NCBI GenBank assembly: GCA_030679955.1
Contig: JAUXSF010000018.1
Span: forward strand, 4,320-68,319
Length of the DNA: 64,000 nt
Reading direction: 5' to 3'
Origin: Chlamydiales bacterium
Lineage (GTDB): Bacteria; Chlamydiota; Chlamydiia; Chlamydiales; JAJFMA01
A program made the translations under genes and the position numbers. The notes beneath the pieces were generated by a model. It saw only the letters and a list, made by a program, of their open reading frames with translations, did no database searches and was not told the DNA's origin. Positions 1 to 8,765 of the stretch are shown one piece after another; position 1 is the stretch's first letter; every line of letters begins with the position of its first letter.

Positions 1-816
1 GCAAGCGTCATCCGGGATTCAGTGATTTCTGGAGCTAACTATCAGCTAAAGAGTTCTTCTGAATATGCTGAGGGCTTACTCCAGGGGTTAGTAGAAGGAG
101 AATCAGATTCGAACCTAGATGGCTATACGCCTTGCTTCGGCCATTCACTAAGCGGTCTTGAAACCACCTTGTGGACTGTCTGTCAAAACCCCTTATCCGG
201 TTGGAGTCGTTTTGTGGATGCTTGTGCTGAAATCGCTACTATTTCAGTGAATCTCGAACAAACATCCATAAGCGAAACGGTGAAAGAGTGGCAATATTTG
301 GTCAAACAACATGATGCCTTAGGGCCTCATGAACGTGGTCGGCTGACTGGCTACCTTATCGGGAAGTATGGCATCAACATCCTTACTGCAGGCACCACAA
401 TGAAGGGTGTCATGGCGTTCAAGGCTTTACAACATGCCAACCGCCAATGTTTGTTAGAAGCTTGTGGTGATAGTTTGGAGCTGGTTGCGGAAAGGGCATT
501 AAAACACGCGGTTCAGCGTGATGAATATTTTAGAAACGTCGAAGTCGACTGGAAGAAGCAAGATAAGTTCGTAAGGAACACTCGAACCAGTCATTTGACG
601 TACAAAGATGCAGAAACATTGGTGGGGAGATTTGCCGGATCGGGGAGTCGTATCGCCAATTATACTCCAGGCTGTTCTGGATACACTGAAAAAGTTGAAT
701 TTGGTGAAGTAATTGGCTACTTCATACAGGACGGATCTAAAACGAAGGTCCCGACCTCTAAAGGTATAATACATTATTCAAAAACTGGCGCGTATATCGT
801 TCCTGCCCAGCCATGA
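1..816 (+). CDS. 3' end of a polymorphic-toxin-like protein (5'-partial): pre-toxin helix plus C-terminal toxin module
   Basis: The frame is open from base 1, with no stop upstream of the GTG at 22, so the gene continues beyond the window. The C-terminal ~90 aa (WKKQDKFVRN...KVEFGEVIGYFIQ...TSKGIIHYSKTGAYIVPAQP) resemble, from memory, the QxKH...vdfGxxIG...IHYSKxGxHIVPxxP toxin module found at the ends of LXG/MuF-type polymorphic toxins. HERGRLTGYLIGKYGINILTAGTTMKG resembles a pre-toxin TG-type segment. Confidence 0.55.
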   Translation, partial: ASVIRDSVISGANYQLKSSSEYAEGLLQGLVEGESDSNLDGYTPCFGHSLSGLETTLWTVCQNPLSGWSRFVDACAEIATISVNLEQTSISETVKEWQYLVKQHDALGPHERGRLTGYLIGKYGINILTAGTTMKGVMAFKALQHANRQCLLEACGDSLELVAERALKHAVQRDEYFRNVEVDWKKQDKFVRNTRTSHLTYKDAETLVGRFAGSGSRIANYTPGCSGYTEKVEFGEVIGYFIQDGSKTKVPTSKGIIHYSKTGAYIVPAQP

Positions 817-1019
817 TGTATGCCACACTCGGTGTCAAACGTGGTTTTGGCACGGTCCAAATCATAGTTTGACGCCGAAAGTGGTATAATCTTGCGCATC
901 GTCTGTGAAGCTCATCATGCAAGAATGCGACTTTGGGCTTTCGCGAATTCTAAGGCATGTGTTATACATCATGTCCGATTTTACGATTATATGATGGATT
1001 TTAAAAAAGCTTTACCGCA

Positions 1020-3446
1020 ATGAAGCTGCCTTTTTCCTGGATTAAAGAGTGCATAGCGACCAAATTGCCTGCGGGCAAAGTGGCGGACGCCCTAACCATG
1101 CTTGGGTTAGAAGTTGAGGGTATCGACACGTCTCCGATGAGTTTCACTGGAGTGGTTGTTGGTCAAGTCGTTAAAACTGAGCGACATCCCGATGCTGACA
1201 AGCTTACTGTCGCGATGGTTTCGGATGGACAGGAGACTGTCCAGGTTGTCTGCGCTGCGCCCAATTGCCGAGAGGGTTTGATTACCGCCTTTGCAAAGAT
1301 TGGGGGAACCCTCACCGATCCAGAAGGCAAAACCTTCAAAATTAAAAAAGCTAAACTTCGTGGCGTGGAATCTAACGGCATGCTCTGTGCTGAAGATGAG
1401 TTAGGGCTTTCACAGTCTCACGATGGTATAATTGAGTTTCCTGTAGATACCGTTCTGGGAACTGATCTGCAGCAGCTTTATGGCGACGCAGTATTTGATA
1501 TCAGCCTCACGCCAAATCTTGGGCATTGCGCTAGCCTCCAGGGCGTGCTTCGCGAACTAGCAGCCTTTTTAGACACATCCTATTCGCTTCCGCAGGTATA
1601 CATCGACGACGGTGATAGTGAACAGATAAAAACTGAAGCATCCGTCAGCATTGAAGATACCACTAAATGCCCTCGATACGCTTGCCGCGTTATCAAAAAT
1701 GTTAAGATAGCTCCATCGCCCAAATGGCTCCAGGATCGTTTATTGCAGTGCGGGCTACGCCCCATCAACAACATTGTCGATGCTACTAACTATGTACTTT
1801 GGGAGCTCGGTCATCCACTGCATGCCTTTGATTACGATAAATTGGCTGGTCATAAAATTGTGGTGCGGACAGCGAAAGAGGACGAGCAGTTCGTCACTCT
1901 AGATGGCCAAACTCGCAAGCTTAACACTGAGTCACTGCTTATCTGTGATGACGAGAAGCCCGTAGCCCTAGCAGGCATTATGGGTGGGCAGAATTCAGAA
2001 GTAGGGGATGAGACTCAGAACGTTCTTCTAGAGTCCGCCTATTTTGAGCCATCAAACATTCGACGCACTAGCAGATTCCTTGGGCTTACTACTGAAGCCT
2101 CCAGACGCTTTGAGCGTGCGGCGGATCCTAACGGCGTTATTACGGCGCTTGATCGTGCAGCAGTTCTTATTCAAGAACTTGCTGGTGGAGAGATTGTCAA
2201 AGGGCTAGTCGACATCAAAAACAGTGAATTTTCCGATCGTAAGATCGTCTGTCGCCTTAGCCGCATCCAAGGTATTATTGGGCAGCATTTAGCGGCTGGA
2301 GAGGTCGAAGGCGTGTTCCGACGTCTCGGTTTCCCATGCACTTGGGATGGACAAGAGCTATTTTCCATACGCGTGCCAACATACCGCGCTGATATTCATG
2401 CCGAAATTGATCTCATTGAAGAAGTCGCGCGTATTTATGGGTATGACAATATCGAGAGGCAACCCGCCTACTATCATACGTCTACTTTACCGCATGCTCC
2501 CATTTTCCTTTTCGAGAGACAATCACGCCAACGCTTGCTAAGCCAAGGCTTACAAGAATTTATGACCTGTGACCTTATCGGTCCCTCAATGCTCGACGTA
2601 CTGCCTAATATCGGTGATAATCCCACGCAGGTGCGAGTTCTCAACCCTACATCAGCCGAGCAGTCTATTTTACGTCAGTCCTTGCTTCCTGGTATGCTGC
2701 AAGCAATAAGATATAATGTAGACCGCAAGAACTTAAACGTTGGCGCCTTTGAAATTGGTCGTACTCACTTCCTCGAAGGCAAGAACTTTAAAGAGCAATC
2801 CGTTGTTGGGATTATCCTAACAGGGAAATCGCGTCCACACAGCTGGGAACAACATCCAGGGCCATTCGACTTTTATGATCTTAAAGGGATTGTCGAAGAC
2901 TTTTTGTCTGACATGTCGATGCCTTCGCCATCCTTTGAAGTCAGTAAACTCTCCACCTTCCATCCTGGCCGCCAAGCTAGTGTTTTGATTAACGGTATTG
3001 ATGTTGGAGCGATCGGCGAAGTCCATCCAGACATCTTAGGTCGTTTGGATGTTACTCAGCGCATTTTATTCGCTGAACTGAACTTGCATGATCTATACCG
3101 CCTGAAAGGCGATTCACCAAAGATGGTCGAGCTGCCACAGTTTCCAGGCTCCGAACGTGATTGGACCATTTCCTTATCAGAAAAAGTCACCTGTGGTACT
3201 GTTTTTAGCTTAATTCGCCAGTTTGCGCCAGCATTGCTGGAGCAGGTGAGCCTTTTGGATCTATACCGCAGTGAGAAATTGGGCAGCGGTGTAAAAAATG
3301 TAACGTTCCGCTTCTTCTACCGCGATCGCACGAGAACAGTTCAGCAAGAAGATGTGGATTCTAAACATACACGTTTAATTGAAAAAGTGACCACCGGCTT
3401 GGGAACAGCCGTTCAGCAGCAAAATTCTGCTGAAAATGCTCTTTAA
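1020..3446 (+). CDS. pheT: phenylalanyl-tRNA synthetase beta subunit
   Basis: 808-aa ORF of typical PheT length. It has an N-terminal tRNA-binding domain (GVVVGQVVKTERHPDADKLTV...KLRGVESNGMLC), B3/4 and B5 domains (RIYGYDNI) and a C-terminal ferredoxin-fold domain. Confidence 0.95.
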   Translation: MKLPFSWIKECIATKLPAGKVADALTMLGLEVEGIDTSPMSFTGVVVGQVVKTERHPDADKLTVAMVSDGQETVQVVCAAPNCREGLITAFAKIGGTLTDPEGKTFKIKKAKLRGVESNGMLCAEDELGLSQSHDGIIEFPVDTVLGTDLQQLYGDAVFDISLTPNLGHCASLQGVLRELAAFLDTSYSLPQVYIDDGDSEQIKTEASVSIEDTTKCPRYACRVIKNVKIAPSPKWLQDRLLQCGLRPINNIVDATNYVLWELGHPLHAFDYDKLAGHKIVVRTAKEDEQFVTLDGQTRKLNTESLLICDDEKPVALAGIMGGQNSEVGDETQNVLLESAYFEPSNIRRTSRFLGLTTEASRRFERAADPNGVITALDRAAVLIQELAGGEIVKGLVDIKNSEFSDRKIVCRLSRIQGIIGQHLAAGEVEGVFRRLGFPCTWDGQELFSIRVPTYRADIHAEIDLIEEVARIYGYDNIERQPAYYHTSTLPHAPIFLFERQSRQRLLSQGLQEFMTCDLIGPSMLDVLPNIGDNPTQVRVLNPTSAEQSILRQSLLPGMLQAIRYNVDRKNLNVGAFEIGRTHFLEGKNFKEQSVVGIILTGKSRPHSWEQHPGPFDFYDLKGIVEDFLSDMSMPSPSFEVSKLSTFHPGRQASVLINGIDVGAIGEVHPDILGRLDVTQRILFAELNLHDLYRLKGDSPKMVELPQFPGSERDWTISLSEKVTCGTVFSLIRQFAPALLEQVSLLDLYRSEKLGSGVKNVTFRFFYRDRTRTVQQEDVDSKHTRLIEKVTTGLGTAVQQQNSAENAL

Positions 3447-3449
3447 GTA

Positions 3450-4430
3450 ATGAGGATGCCCATGCGTAATGTCTTGTTTTTGTTATCAATTCCAGCACTG
3501 CTAATTACAGCTAGCTGCAATCGTCAGAACTGCTGCGACCAAGTAGTATGTGAAACTTATGTTCACCCGTATGGCTTGGAAATGTCGGGTGGCGAATGGT
3601 GCCGACAAGGCTCTTCAGGCGATGTTATTGTCACCAATAAAGACGGTGTAACCGTTAAAAGCGCCTATGAAAAAGGTGTTGTGGAAGGGGAAGTTACCTA
3701 TACATTTCCTTTCCGTGACAGTATCGAAACTGTAGAAATCTACAGCCAGGGCAAGCTCATTAAAGAAACGCATTACTTCCCATCTGGCGTCGTGAAAAGC
3801 GAAATAGCGTATCCTTCCGAGAACGAACAGGTTGTTCGTGCTTTTTATGACCAAGGTGGTCGCAAAAGCGAAGAGCATTTCTTAGGCAAGCAGCTTCAAA
3901 CCGCTACCTATTACAACTTCAATGATCTAGTCGAGTCCAAGGTAGATGATTTTAGCGGCAAAAGAACTCAGCGCGATATCTACGGACAGCTTGTGTCTGT
4001 GGACACCATCGAAAACGGCGTTTTAGCTGCTACTACAACCTATCATCCTAACGGCATGCCAGAGGCTACCACGCCCTATTCGAATGGCGTCGTTCAGGGG
4101 GTTCGCAAGACCTTTCTGCCTGGTGGTGAACCCTATTCTGTTGAAGAGTGGAGCGCAGGTATTCAGCACGGCACTACCATCATTTATGAAGATGGCGAGA
4201 AAATTGCCGAGATTCCTTACTACCAAGGTAAACGCAGTGGTGTAGAGAAGCGATTCCGTAATAACGACGAAGTTGTCGAAGAAATCGGCTGGGCAAACAA
4301 CGCTAAGCATGGCCCTACAACACGTTATGTTGAAGGTCAAGTCATCACCGACTACTTCTACTACGGCACGCCAGTTAGCAAAACGGTGTTCGATAAGCGC
4401 ACAGCGCTATTGCAGCACCAGGCTAGATAA
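3450..4430 (+). CDS. MORN-variant-repeat (YwqK-like) lipoprotein
   Basis: Signal peptide with a lipobox-like ITASC. The body is made of repeated ~23-aa G-x-x-x-G...Y-x-x-G units (EGEVTYTFP, GKLIKETHYFPSGVVKSE, NGVVQGVRKTFLPGGEP, HGTTIIYEDGEK, HGPTTRYVEGQ). Start could be 3450, 3456 or 3462. Confidence 0.7.
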   Translation: MRMPMRNVLFLLSIPALLITASCNRQNCCDQVVCETYVHPYGLEMSGGEWCRQGSSGDVIVTNKDGVTVKSAYEKGVVEGEVTYTFPFRDSIETVEIYSQGKLIKETHYFPSGVVKSEIAYPSENEQVVRAFYDQGGRKSEEHFLGKQLQTATYYNFNDLVESKVDDFSGKRTQRDIYGQLVSVDTIENGVLAATTTYHPNGMPEATTPYSNGVVQGVRKTFLPGGEPYSVEEWSAGIQHGTTIIYEDGEKIAEIPYYQGKRSGVEKRFRNNDEVVEEIGWANNAKHGPTTRYVEGQVITDYFYYGTPVSKTVFDKRTALLQHQAR

Positions 4431-4454
4431 ATTAGTTTTCAAAGCCCTCCCCCC

Positions 4455-4485
4455 GGAGACGTCGCGTAGCGGCGTCTCCATTTTT
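4455..4485 (+). terminator. rho-independent terminator between convergent genes
   Basis: GGAGACG...CGTCTCC stem (4455-4479) followed by ATTTTTATT, 25 nt after the stop at 4430. Confidence 0.6.
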
Positions 4486-4753
4486 ATTCCTGGGCGATAG
4501 TGACGTCACCATTGATCGCACATTGGCAGGCTAAGCGCAGGGATTGATCTTTGCCCTTGTTGATAAGTGCTTCGCGCTCGGTAAGACGTTGAGACGAAAG
4601 GTTTTCAGCCCCTTCTACGACACGAATAACGCATAGACAGCAGCAAGCTTTACGGCACCCAAAGCGCAGTTCTGTGACCGCCTGAAGATCCGCTCCGCAT
4701 CTAAGTTGTAGTTTCGCGCCGGAATTGGCCAGTGTTAAGGTACAGTAACTCAT
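4484..4753 (-). CDS. small 2Fe-2S ferredoxin-like protein
   Basis: 89 aa with a Cys cluster (GCRKACCCLCVIRVVEG) and a distal LACQC, as in plant-type [2Fe-2S] ferredoxin domains. Its start overlaps the upstream stop as ATGA. Confidence 0.55.
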   Translation of the reverse strand: MSYCTLTLANSGAKLQLRCGADLQAVTELRFGCRKACCCLCVIRVVEGAENLSSQRLTEREALINKGKDQSLRLACQCAINGDVTIAQE

Positions 4754-5382
4754 TTTGCACCACTATCTGACATGCGTTTTAATATCGGGAACCACTTGCG
4801 AAATTCTAATACGTCGCTTAGGTCCCATCGCTCCTCGATTAGCTCGGTGAATTGACCATCCTCACCCGTCTCATAGAGCTTGTACATCACGGGGTTGTCC
4901 AGTCTATCAAATAGCACGACACCATCCGTGGCGTCACCTTGAGATCGATAGTACATGCGGTTGGTAGCCAGTAATAGACCCTGGGGAGAAAAAATATGGC
5001 ATTCCCTGCAAACATCGCCCTCAAAAAGGTGTGTCTCCAGGTAGATAACTCTATCGTCCTGATTACGGATTAAGCAAGACGTCGCATCTTCGTCGGCACA
5101 AGTAACTTCCTTACACCATCCCTGTTGTTCAGCCGGCTTAAGATGGCGAAAGTCTAGCTGCATGGAGTCATATACTACGCTGCTAAAGTGACCTTTTTCA
5201 TATCGCTCTAGGGAGTAGCGCTTGTGATAAGGATCATCTACAATTTTATAGCTCACCACCTCGGTTTGAGTTTCCTCCGAACCTAAGGGTTCCCGGCCAT
5301 GAGGCACACCTTTTAGCCAAACATAATCTCGATAACGTGCTGCTGACATATCCTTCCTCGGCGTTTCCAACGCATTGTGCAC
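4750..5382 (-). CDS. hypothetical protein, translationally coupled to the ferredoxin-like gene
   Basis: 210-aa ORF with no recognisable motif. The start at 5382 is GTG; an alternative ATG lies at 5349. The stop overlaps the next start (ATGA at 4750-4753). Confidence 0.5.
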   Translation of the reverse strand: MHNALETPRKDMSAARYRDYVWLKGVPHGREPLGSEETQTEVVSYKIVDDPYHKRYSLERYEKGHFSSVVYDSMQLDFRHLKPAEQQGWCKEVTCADEDATSCLIRNQDDRVIYLETHLFEGDVCRECHIFSPQGLLLATNRMYYRSQGDATDGVVLFDRLDNPVMYKLYETGEDGQFTELIEERWDLSDVLEFRKWFPILKRMSDSGAK

Positions 5383-5505
5383 ATGAACGCTATAAGCGAA
5401 AAGTATTTTTTCGAATTGTTTTGGACAAACAAGTCAAAAATTTGCTAATACCTGAGAAACAAAGCCGTTGACCTGGATGTTTACAATTAGTGAAGGAGCC
5501 GCAGG

Positions 5506-6381
5506 ATGGAAGACATTTTCCTCAGTTTCGGATTTCGACTTGGTGTTTGGATACTTTTAGCCATCAGTGCCATTGGGGTACTTGGGCTATATTGGATCAT
5601 TAGAAATCGTGAAAAGCGCCTAGAGTTAGCTTATAGCTATCAAGAACTAGTGCGCCTTTGCGATCAAAAGGCCGAAGAGCAACGCCAGCTTGAACGCCAA
5701 GTTCGTGATTTGGATGACCGTAAAGCCGAGCGTGATCGTTATCAAGCTGAAGAAGCGCGATCAAGACAATGGATTGACTCACATGCCGATGTCATTCAGG
5801 AATGCCAAGAGCAAAATAACAAACTGACTCAGTTGCGTGACGAATACACTGAATATCAGCGTTGCGTAACGCAGCTCGCCCAATTGCAGCACGATCGCGA
5901 TTCATTGCGACAAGAGACTGATCTGTTGCGCACAGAGCGCGATAAGCGTGCCAATGAAGTTAAAGAGGCCTCTGCTGTCTATCTGACACTCTCTAAAGAG
6001 TTAGATCAGCGTAAAGCTCAGCTCGAGCCAATAACTGACCAGCTGCGCACGCTGACTACCGAACGTGACCGTCAGCAGACGGAGCTTAAGAGCGCGACGG
6101 AAGAATACATGCGAGTATCAAAGGCACTGGAATGCCACCGTAATGAAGCTGCCGATTTGGAAACAGAGCTTGACCACTTGAGAGCCCGCGCAGATCGCTT
6201 TAAGATGGAGAATCCATTCTTGGCCGATCATCAAGAGCGTATCTCTCAGCAGTGGAAGAGTCTGGAGTGCCAGTATCAAGATGTTATTTCAAATAACCGC
6301 CAGCAATGGGAGAGCTTGGAGGGCCAGTTTAAGCGCCTTCGTGATCAAGCGCAACGGTCGACCTCATCCCTTTCGCTGTAG
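5506..6381 (+). CDS. membrane-anchored coiled-coil protein
   Basis: One N-terminal hydrophobic segment (LGVWILLAISAIGVLGLYWII), followed by ~250 aa of Q/E/R/L-rich heptad-like sequence. AGGAG-like GAAGGAG lies 5-6 nt upstream of the ATG. Confidence 0.6.
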   Translation: MEDIFLSFGFRLGVWILLAISAIGVLGLYWIIRNREKRLELAYSYQELVRLCDQKAEEQRQLERQVRDLDDRKAERDRYQAEEARSRQWIDSHADVIQECQEQNNKLTQLRDEYTEYQRCVTQLAQLQHDRDSLRQETDLLRTERDKRANEVKEASAVYLTLSKELDQRKAQLEPITDQLRTLTTERDRQQTELKSATEEYMRVSKALECHRNEAADLETELDHLRARADRFKMENPFLADHQERISQQWKSLECQYQDVISNNRQQWESLEGQFKRLRDQAQRSTSSLSL

Positions 6382-6408
6382 AGATAAGAAACTAAGTCTT
6401 AGCTCACG

Positions 6409-6436
6409 ATGGGCGGCATTTTTGCCGCCCATTTTT
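6409..6436. terminator. hairpin terminator shared by convergent genes
   Basis: ATGGGCGGC-ATTTTT-GCCGCCCAT followed by TTTTT on the + strand. It lies between the stops at 6381 (+) and 6438 (-). Confidence 0.65.
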
Positions 6437-6437
6437 A

Positions 6438-6800
6438 TTATCTTGACCAGCCGAATCCAAAGGACTGGAGGTGGCATGGCTGGCAATAAGTACAGGGATA
6501 TGGTGCCGCCTGTACCATACAAGGCGCCATTGCAGGTGTTGGCCCATAGTATGCACTACCAGGAACTACGCGACCGTAACATGGTGCTGGTGGAGCATAG
6601 GCTGGTGCATAATAAATAGGCTGCACTGCGCATGTTTGGACAGGAACGTAACAGACTGCTGGTGACGAACAGCCGAAAGATAAACCAAAATTCCACTTGC
6701 TGTGTCTATGCTTATGATGACCAGCAGTAGCTTCACTAGGATTTAAGAACATTCCGGCCATGCCTAACAAAATGGCAATTAGAACATACTGAATTCTCAT
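6438..6800 (-). CDS. small secreted Cys/Pro/Tyr/Ala-rich protein
   Basis: Trimmed to the ATG at 6800, which is preceded by GGAGAGAGAG. Signal peptide MRIQYVLIAILLGMAGMFLNPSEA, a His-rich patch (GHHKHRH), then 8 Cys in ~95 low-complexity residues. Confidence 0.5.
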   Translation of the reverse strand: MRIQYVLIAILLGMAGMFLNPSEATAGHHKHRHSKWNFGLSFGCSSPAVCYVPVQTCAVQPIYYAPAYAPPAPCYGRVVPGSAYYGPTPAMAPCMVQAAPYPCTYCQPCHLQSFGFGWSR

Positions 6801-6945
6801 CTCTCTCTCCATTGTTATCGAAAACAGATATAATAACATAACTTGCCAATTAATGTACAAAGGCATGAGAAATGGACGGGCGTGGTAAGCCTGATTCTGG
6901 ACCTGTCAATGGCCAGTATATGGTTAAAGAAGGGGAAAGGAGCTC

Positions 6946-7104
6946 ATGACTACGATGTTGGCAACCATACAAAATTCTCAAGCCAAAGCAGAAAAGCGGA
7001 AGCAGCGTAGTTTAGGGGCTGAGGGTGAGTATCAAATTCGCTGCCTTAGTAGTCCCTGCAGCACGATCCTACTCAACTACACGTTCGTGATTTACAATCT
7101 TTAA
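6946..7104 (+). CDS. possible 52-aa ORF (below the ORF-track length cutoff)
   Basis: ATG at 6946 preceded by GGGGAAAGGAG. Translates to MTTMLATIQNSQAKAEKRKQRSLGAEGEYQIRCLSSPCSTILLNYTFVIYNL. No similarity recognised. Confidence 0.3.
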   Translation: MTTMLATIQNSQAKAEKRKQRSLGAEGEYQIRCLSSPCSTILLNYTFVIYNL

Positions 7105-7211
7105 GATAGCTTATCACATTCATTACGCTTTTGAATTACAATTTAGACGAAAACAAAATCGGAGCCTAAATTATCATGGAAAGTATTCAAAATTTCGTTT
7201 AATCACCTGTT

Positions 7212-7532
7212 GTGTCAACTTTAGTTGTTGGAGCCGTCACTACTACATTGATCTATTCAATGTACAAGGTTATCCAATTACCTGGAGTACTTCAAAAAGA
7301 AGTGGAGAACAGTGTGAACATCGCCAATCGACGCACTAACGTTGTTGTGGCGATTGCTCTAGTTGCTGCCGCGACTACTTTATATTTTGCTGCAAGTTCT
7401 GTAGCTTTGCCTGTGATCGGTTTAATTGCGCTTTCCGCAGCAGCTGCTTCGTACAAAATCAACTGCAATGTAAAGAGCTATCCCAAATACACCATGGGGA
7501 TGTGCGGCCTGCCCATGTTTAAGAGGCGCTAA
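7212..7532 (+). CDS. small membrane protein (hypothetical)
   Basis: 106-aa ORF with a GTG start and three hydrophobic stretches (VVGAVTTTLIY, VVVAIALVAAATTLYFAA, LPVIGLIALSAAAA). Confidence 0.35.
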   Translation: MSTLVVGAVTTTLIYSMYKVIQLPGVLQKEVENSVNIANRRTNVVVAIALVAAATTLYFAASSVALPVIGLIALSAAAASYKINCNVKSYPKYTMGMCGLPMFKRR

Positions 7533-7535
7533 GAG

Positions 7536-8687
7536 TCAACAGCCTAAGAGTTGACGAGAGATGACAATGCGTTGGATCTCGCTGGTACCTTCATAGATGG
7601 TGGTGATGCGCGCATCGCGGAAGTAACGCTCTATAGGATATTCCTTGATGTAGCCGTAGCCGCCATGAATCTGCACTGCTTGTTCTACAATCTCGTTGCA
7701 TGACTCCGTTGCAAATAACTTAGCCGTGGAGGCCGCTTGGGTAAAGGACTCGTTATTATCGCGTAGCCAAGCGGCCTTATATAGAAGCAGGCGTGAGGCC
7801 TCGAGCTTTACATGCATATCGGCAAGTTTGAAGGCTATCGCTTGGTTCTGACCTATGGGCCTGCCAAACTGCTCGCGCCATTTAGCATGCTTTACGCTGG
7901 CGTCAAAGGCTGCTTCGGCGATTCCTATGGCCTGGGCGGCAATTCCAAGCCTGCCGCGGTCAAGCATTGAGAGAGCTAGCTTTAGTCCATCTCCTGGTTT
8001 GCCAATGACCTGTTCTTGGGGGATACGGCAATCTTTGAAATGCATGTTTGTCAGGTTGACAGTCAACAGACCCATTTTGTCGACAATAGTCGGTACAGTC
8101 CATCCAGTGGTGCCCTTCTCCACTAAAAATGCTGTGATGCCGTGCGATCCATCATCCATGGAAACCTTGGCAAAGACTAGGCAAACATTGGCTAAATTGC
8201 CATTGGTGATCCAACGCTTGTGACCGTTTAGGATATAGCCTCCGGTTTGTGGATCGTGAGCCGCAGCACATTCCAGGCTCTTGGGGTCACTACCAGCGTG
8301 TTCTTCTGTAAGGGCAAAGCAGGCACCTCGCCACTCGCCCTGCTTCATTTGTGGGAGGTAGCGCCTTTTCTGTTCCTCGGTTCCATATAGAAATAGAGCT
8401 TCAGCCACCCAATTGCTGACAGACATAGCCACTGCAACGCCGGCATCCGCTTTTGCCACGGTGCTTAGTCCTAGCAGATAGGTCAGGGAGTCGGTGTAGC
8501 TGCCACCGTAACTGCTGGGTACTGTTTGAAGGAACAGGCCCTTGACAGCCATTTTCTCGAATAACTGGCTACGAACATCTACTTCAGTTTCAAGACGATG
8601 TCTGATAGGAAGCACCTCGGTTTCACAAAAGTGCCACATGGACTGTTTCCATGCTTCCTGTTCTGCTGTAAGTGCAAAGTTCATCAT
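7536..8687 (-). CDS. acyl-CoA dehydrogenase
   Basis: 383 aa with ACAD hallmarks: CFALTEEHAGSD, KRWITNG, and C-terminal QIHGGYGYIKEYPIERYFRDARITTIYEGTSEIQ. Confidence 0.9.
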   Translation of the reverse strand: MMNFALTAEQEAWKQSMWHFCETEVLPIRHRLETEVDVRSQLFEKMAVKGLFLQTVPSSYGGSYTDSLTYLLGLSTVAKADAGVAVAMSVSNWVAEALFLYGTEEQKRRYLPQMKQGEWRGACFALTEEHAGSDPKSLECAAAHDPQTGGYILNGHKRWITNGNLANVCLVFAKVSMDDGSHGITAFLVEKGTTGWTVPTIVDKMGLLTVNLTNMHFKDCRIPQEQVIGKPGDGLKLALSMLDRGRLGIAAQAIGIAEAAFDASVKHAKWREQFGRPIGQNQAIAFKLADMHVKLEASRLLLYKAAWLRDNNESFTQAASTAKLFATESCNEIVEQAVQIHGGYGYIKEYPIERYFRDARITTIYEGTSEIQRIVISRQLLGC

Positions 8688-8704
8688 AAAAGTCCTAAAG
8701 AAAG

Positions 8705-8765
8705 GAATTCAACGCAAAGTCGCAGAGGCGCAAAGCGCTTAGCGCCTCTGCGTCTTTGCGATTAA
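8705..8765. repeat. REP-like palindrome, family A, copy A1
   Basis: CGCAAAGTCGCAGAGGCGC (8713-8731) pairs with GCGCCTCTGCGTCTTTGCG (8742-8760), 18/19 complementary. It lies between the thiolase stop and the acyl-CoA dehydrogenase start. Confidence 0.8.

Noticed and set aside
95-125. A GGTTCGAATC (T-loop-like) motif on the minus strand that suggested a tRNA.
   Set aside because: The flanking bases cannot form a T-stem or an acceptor stem, and the motif sits inside an open reading frame. No tRNA or rRNA gene was recognised anywhere in the window.
817-1019. Possible T-box or attenuator leader upstream of pheT.
   Set aside because: I could not find a specifier loop/T-box consensus or a terminator/antiterminator pair by eye. 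Only an extended -10-like TGGTATAAT was seen. A covariance-model scan would be needed.
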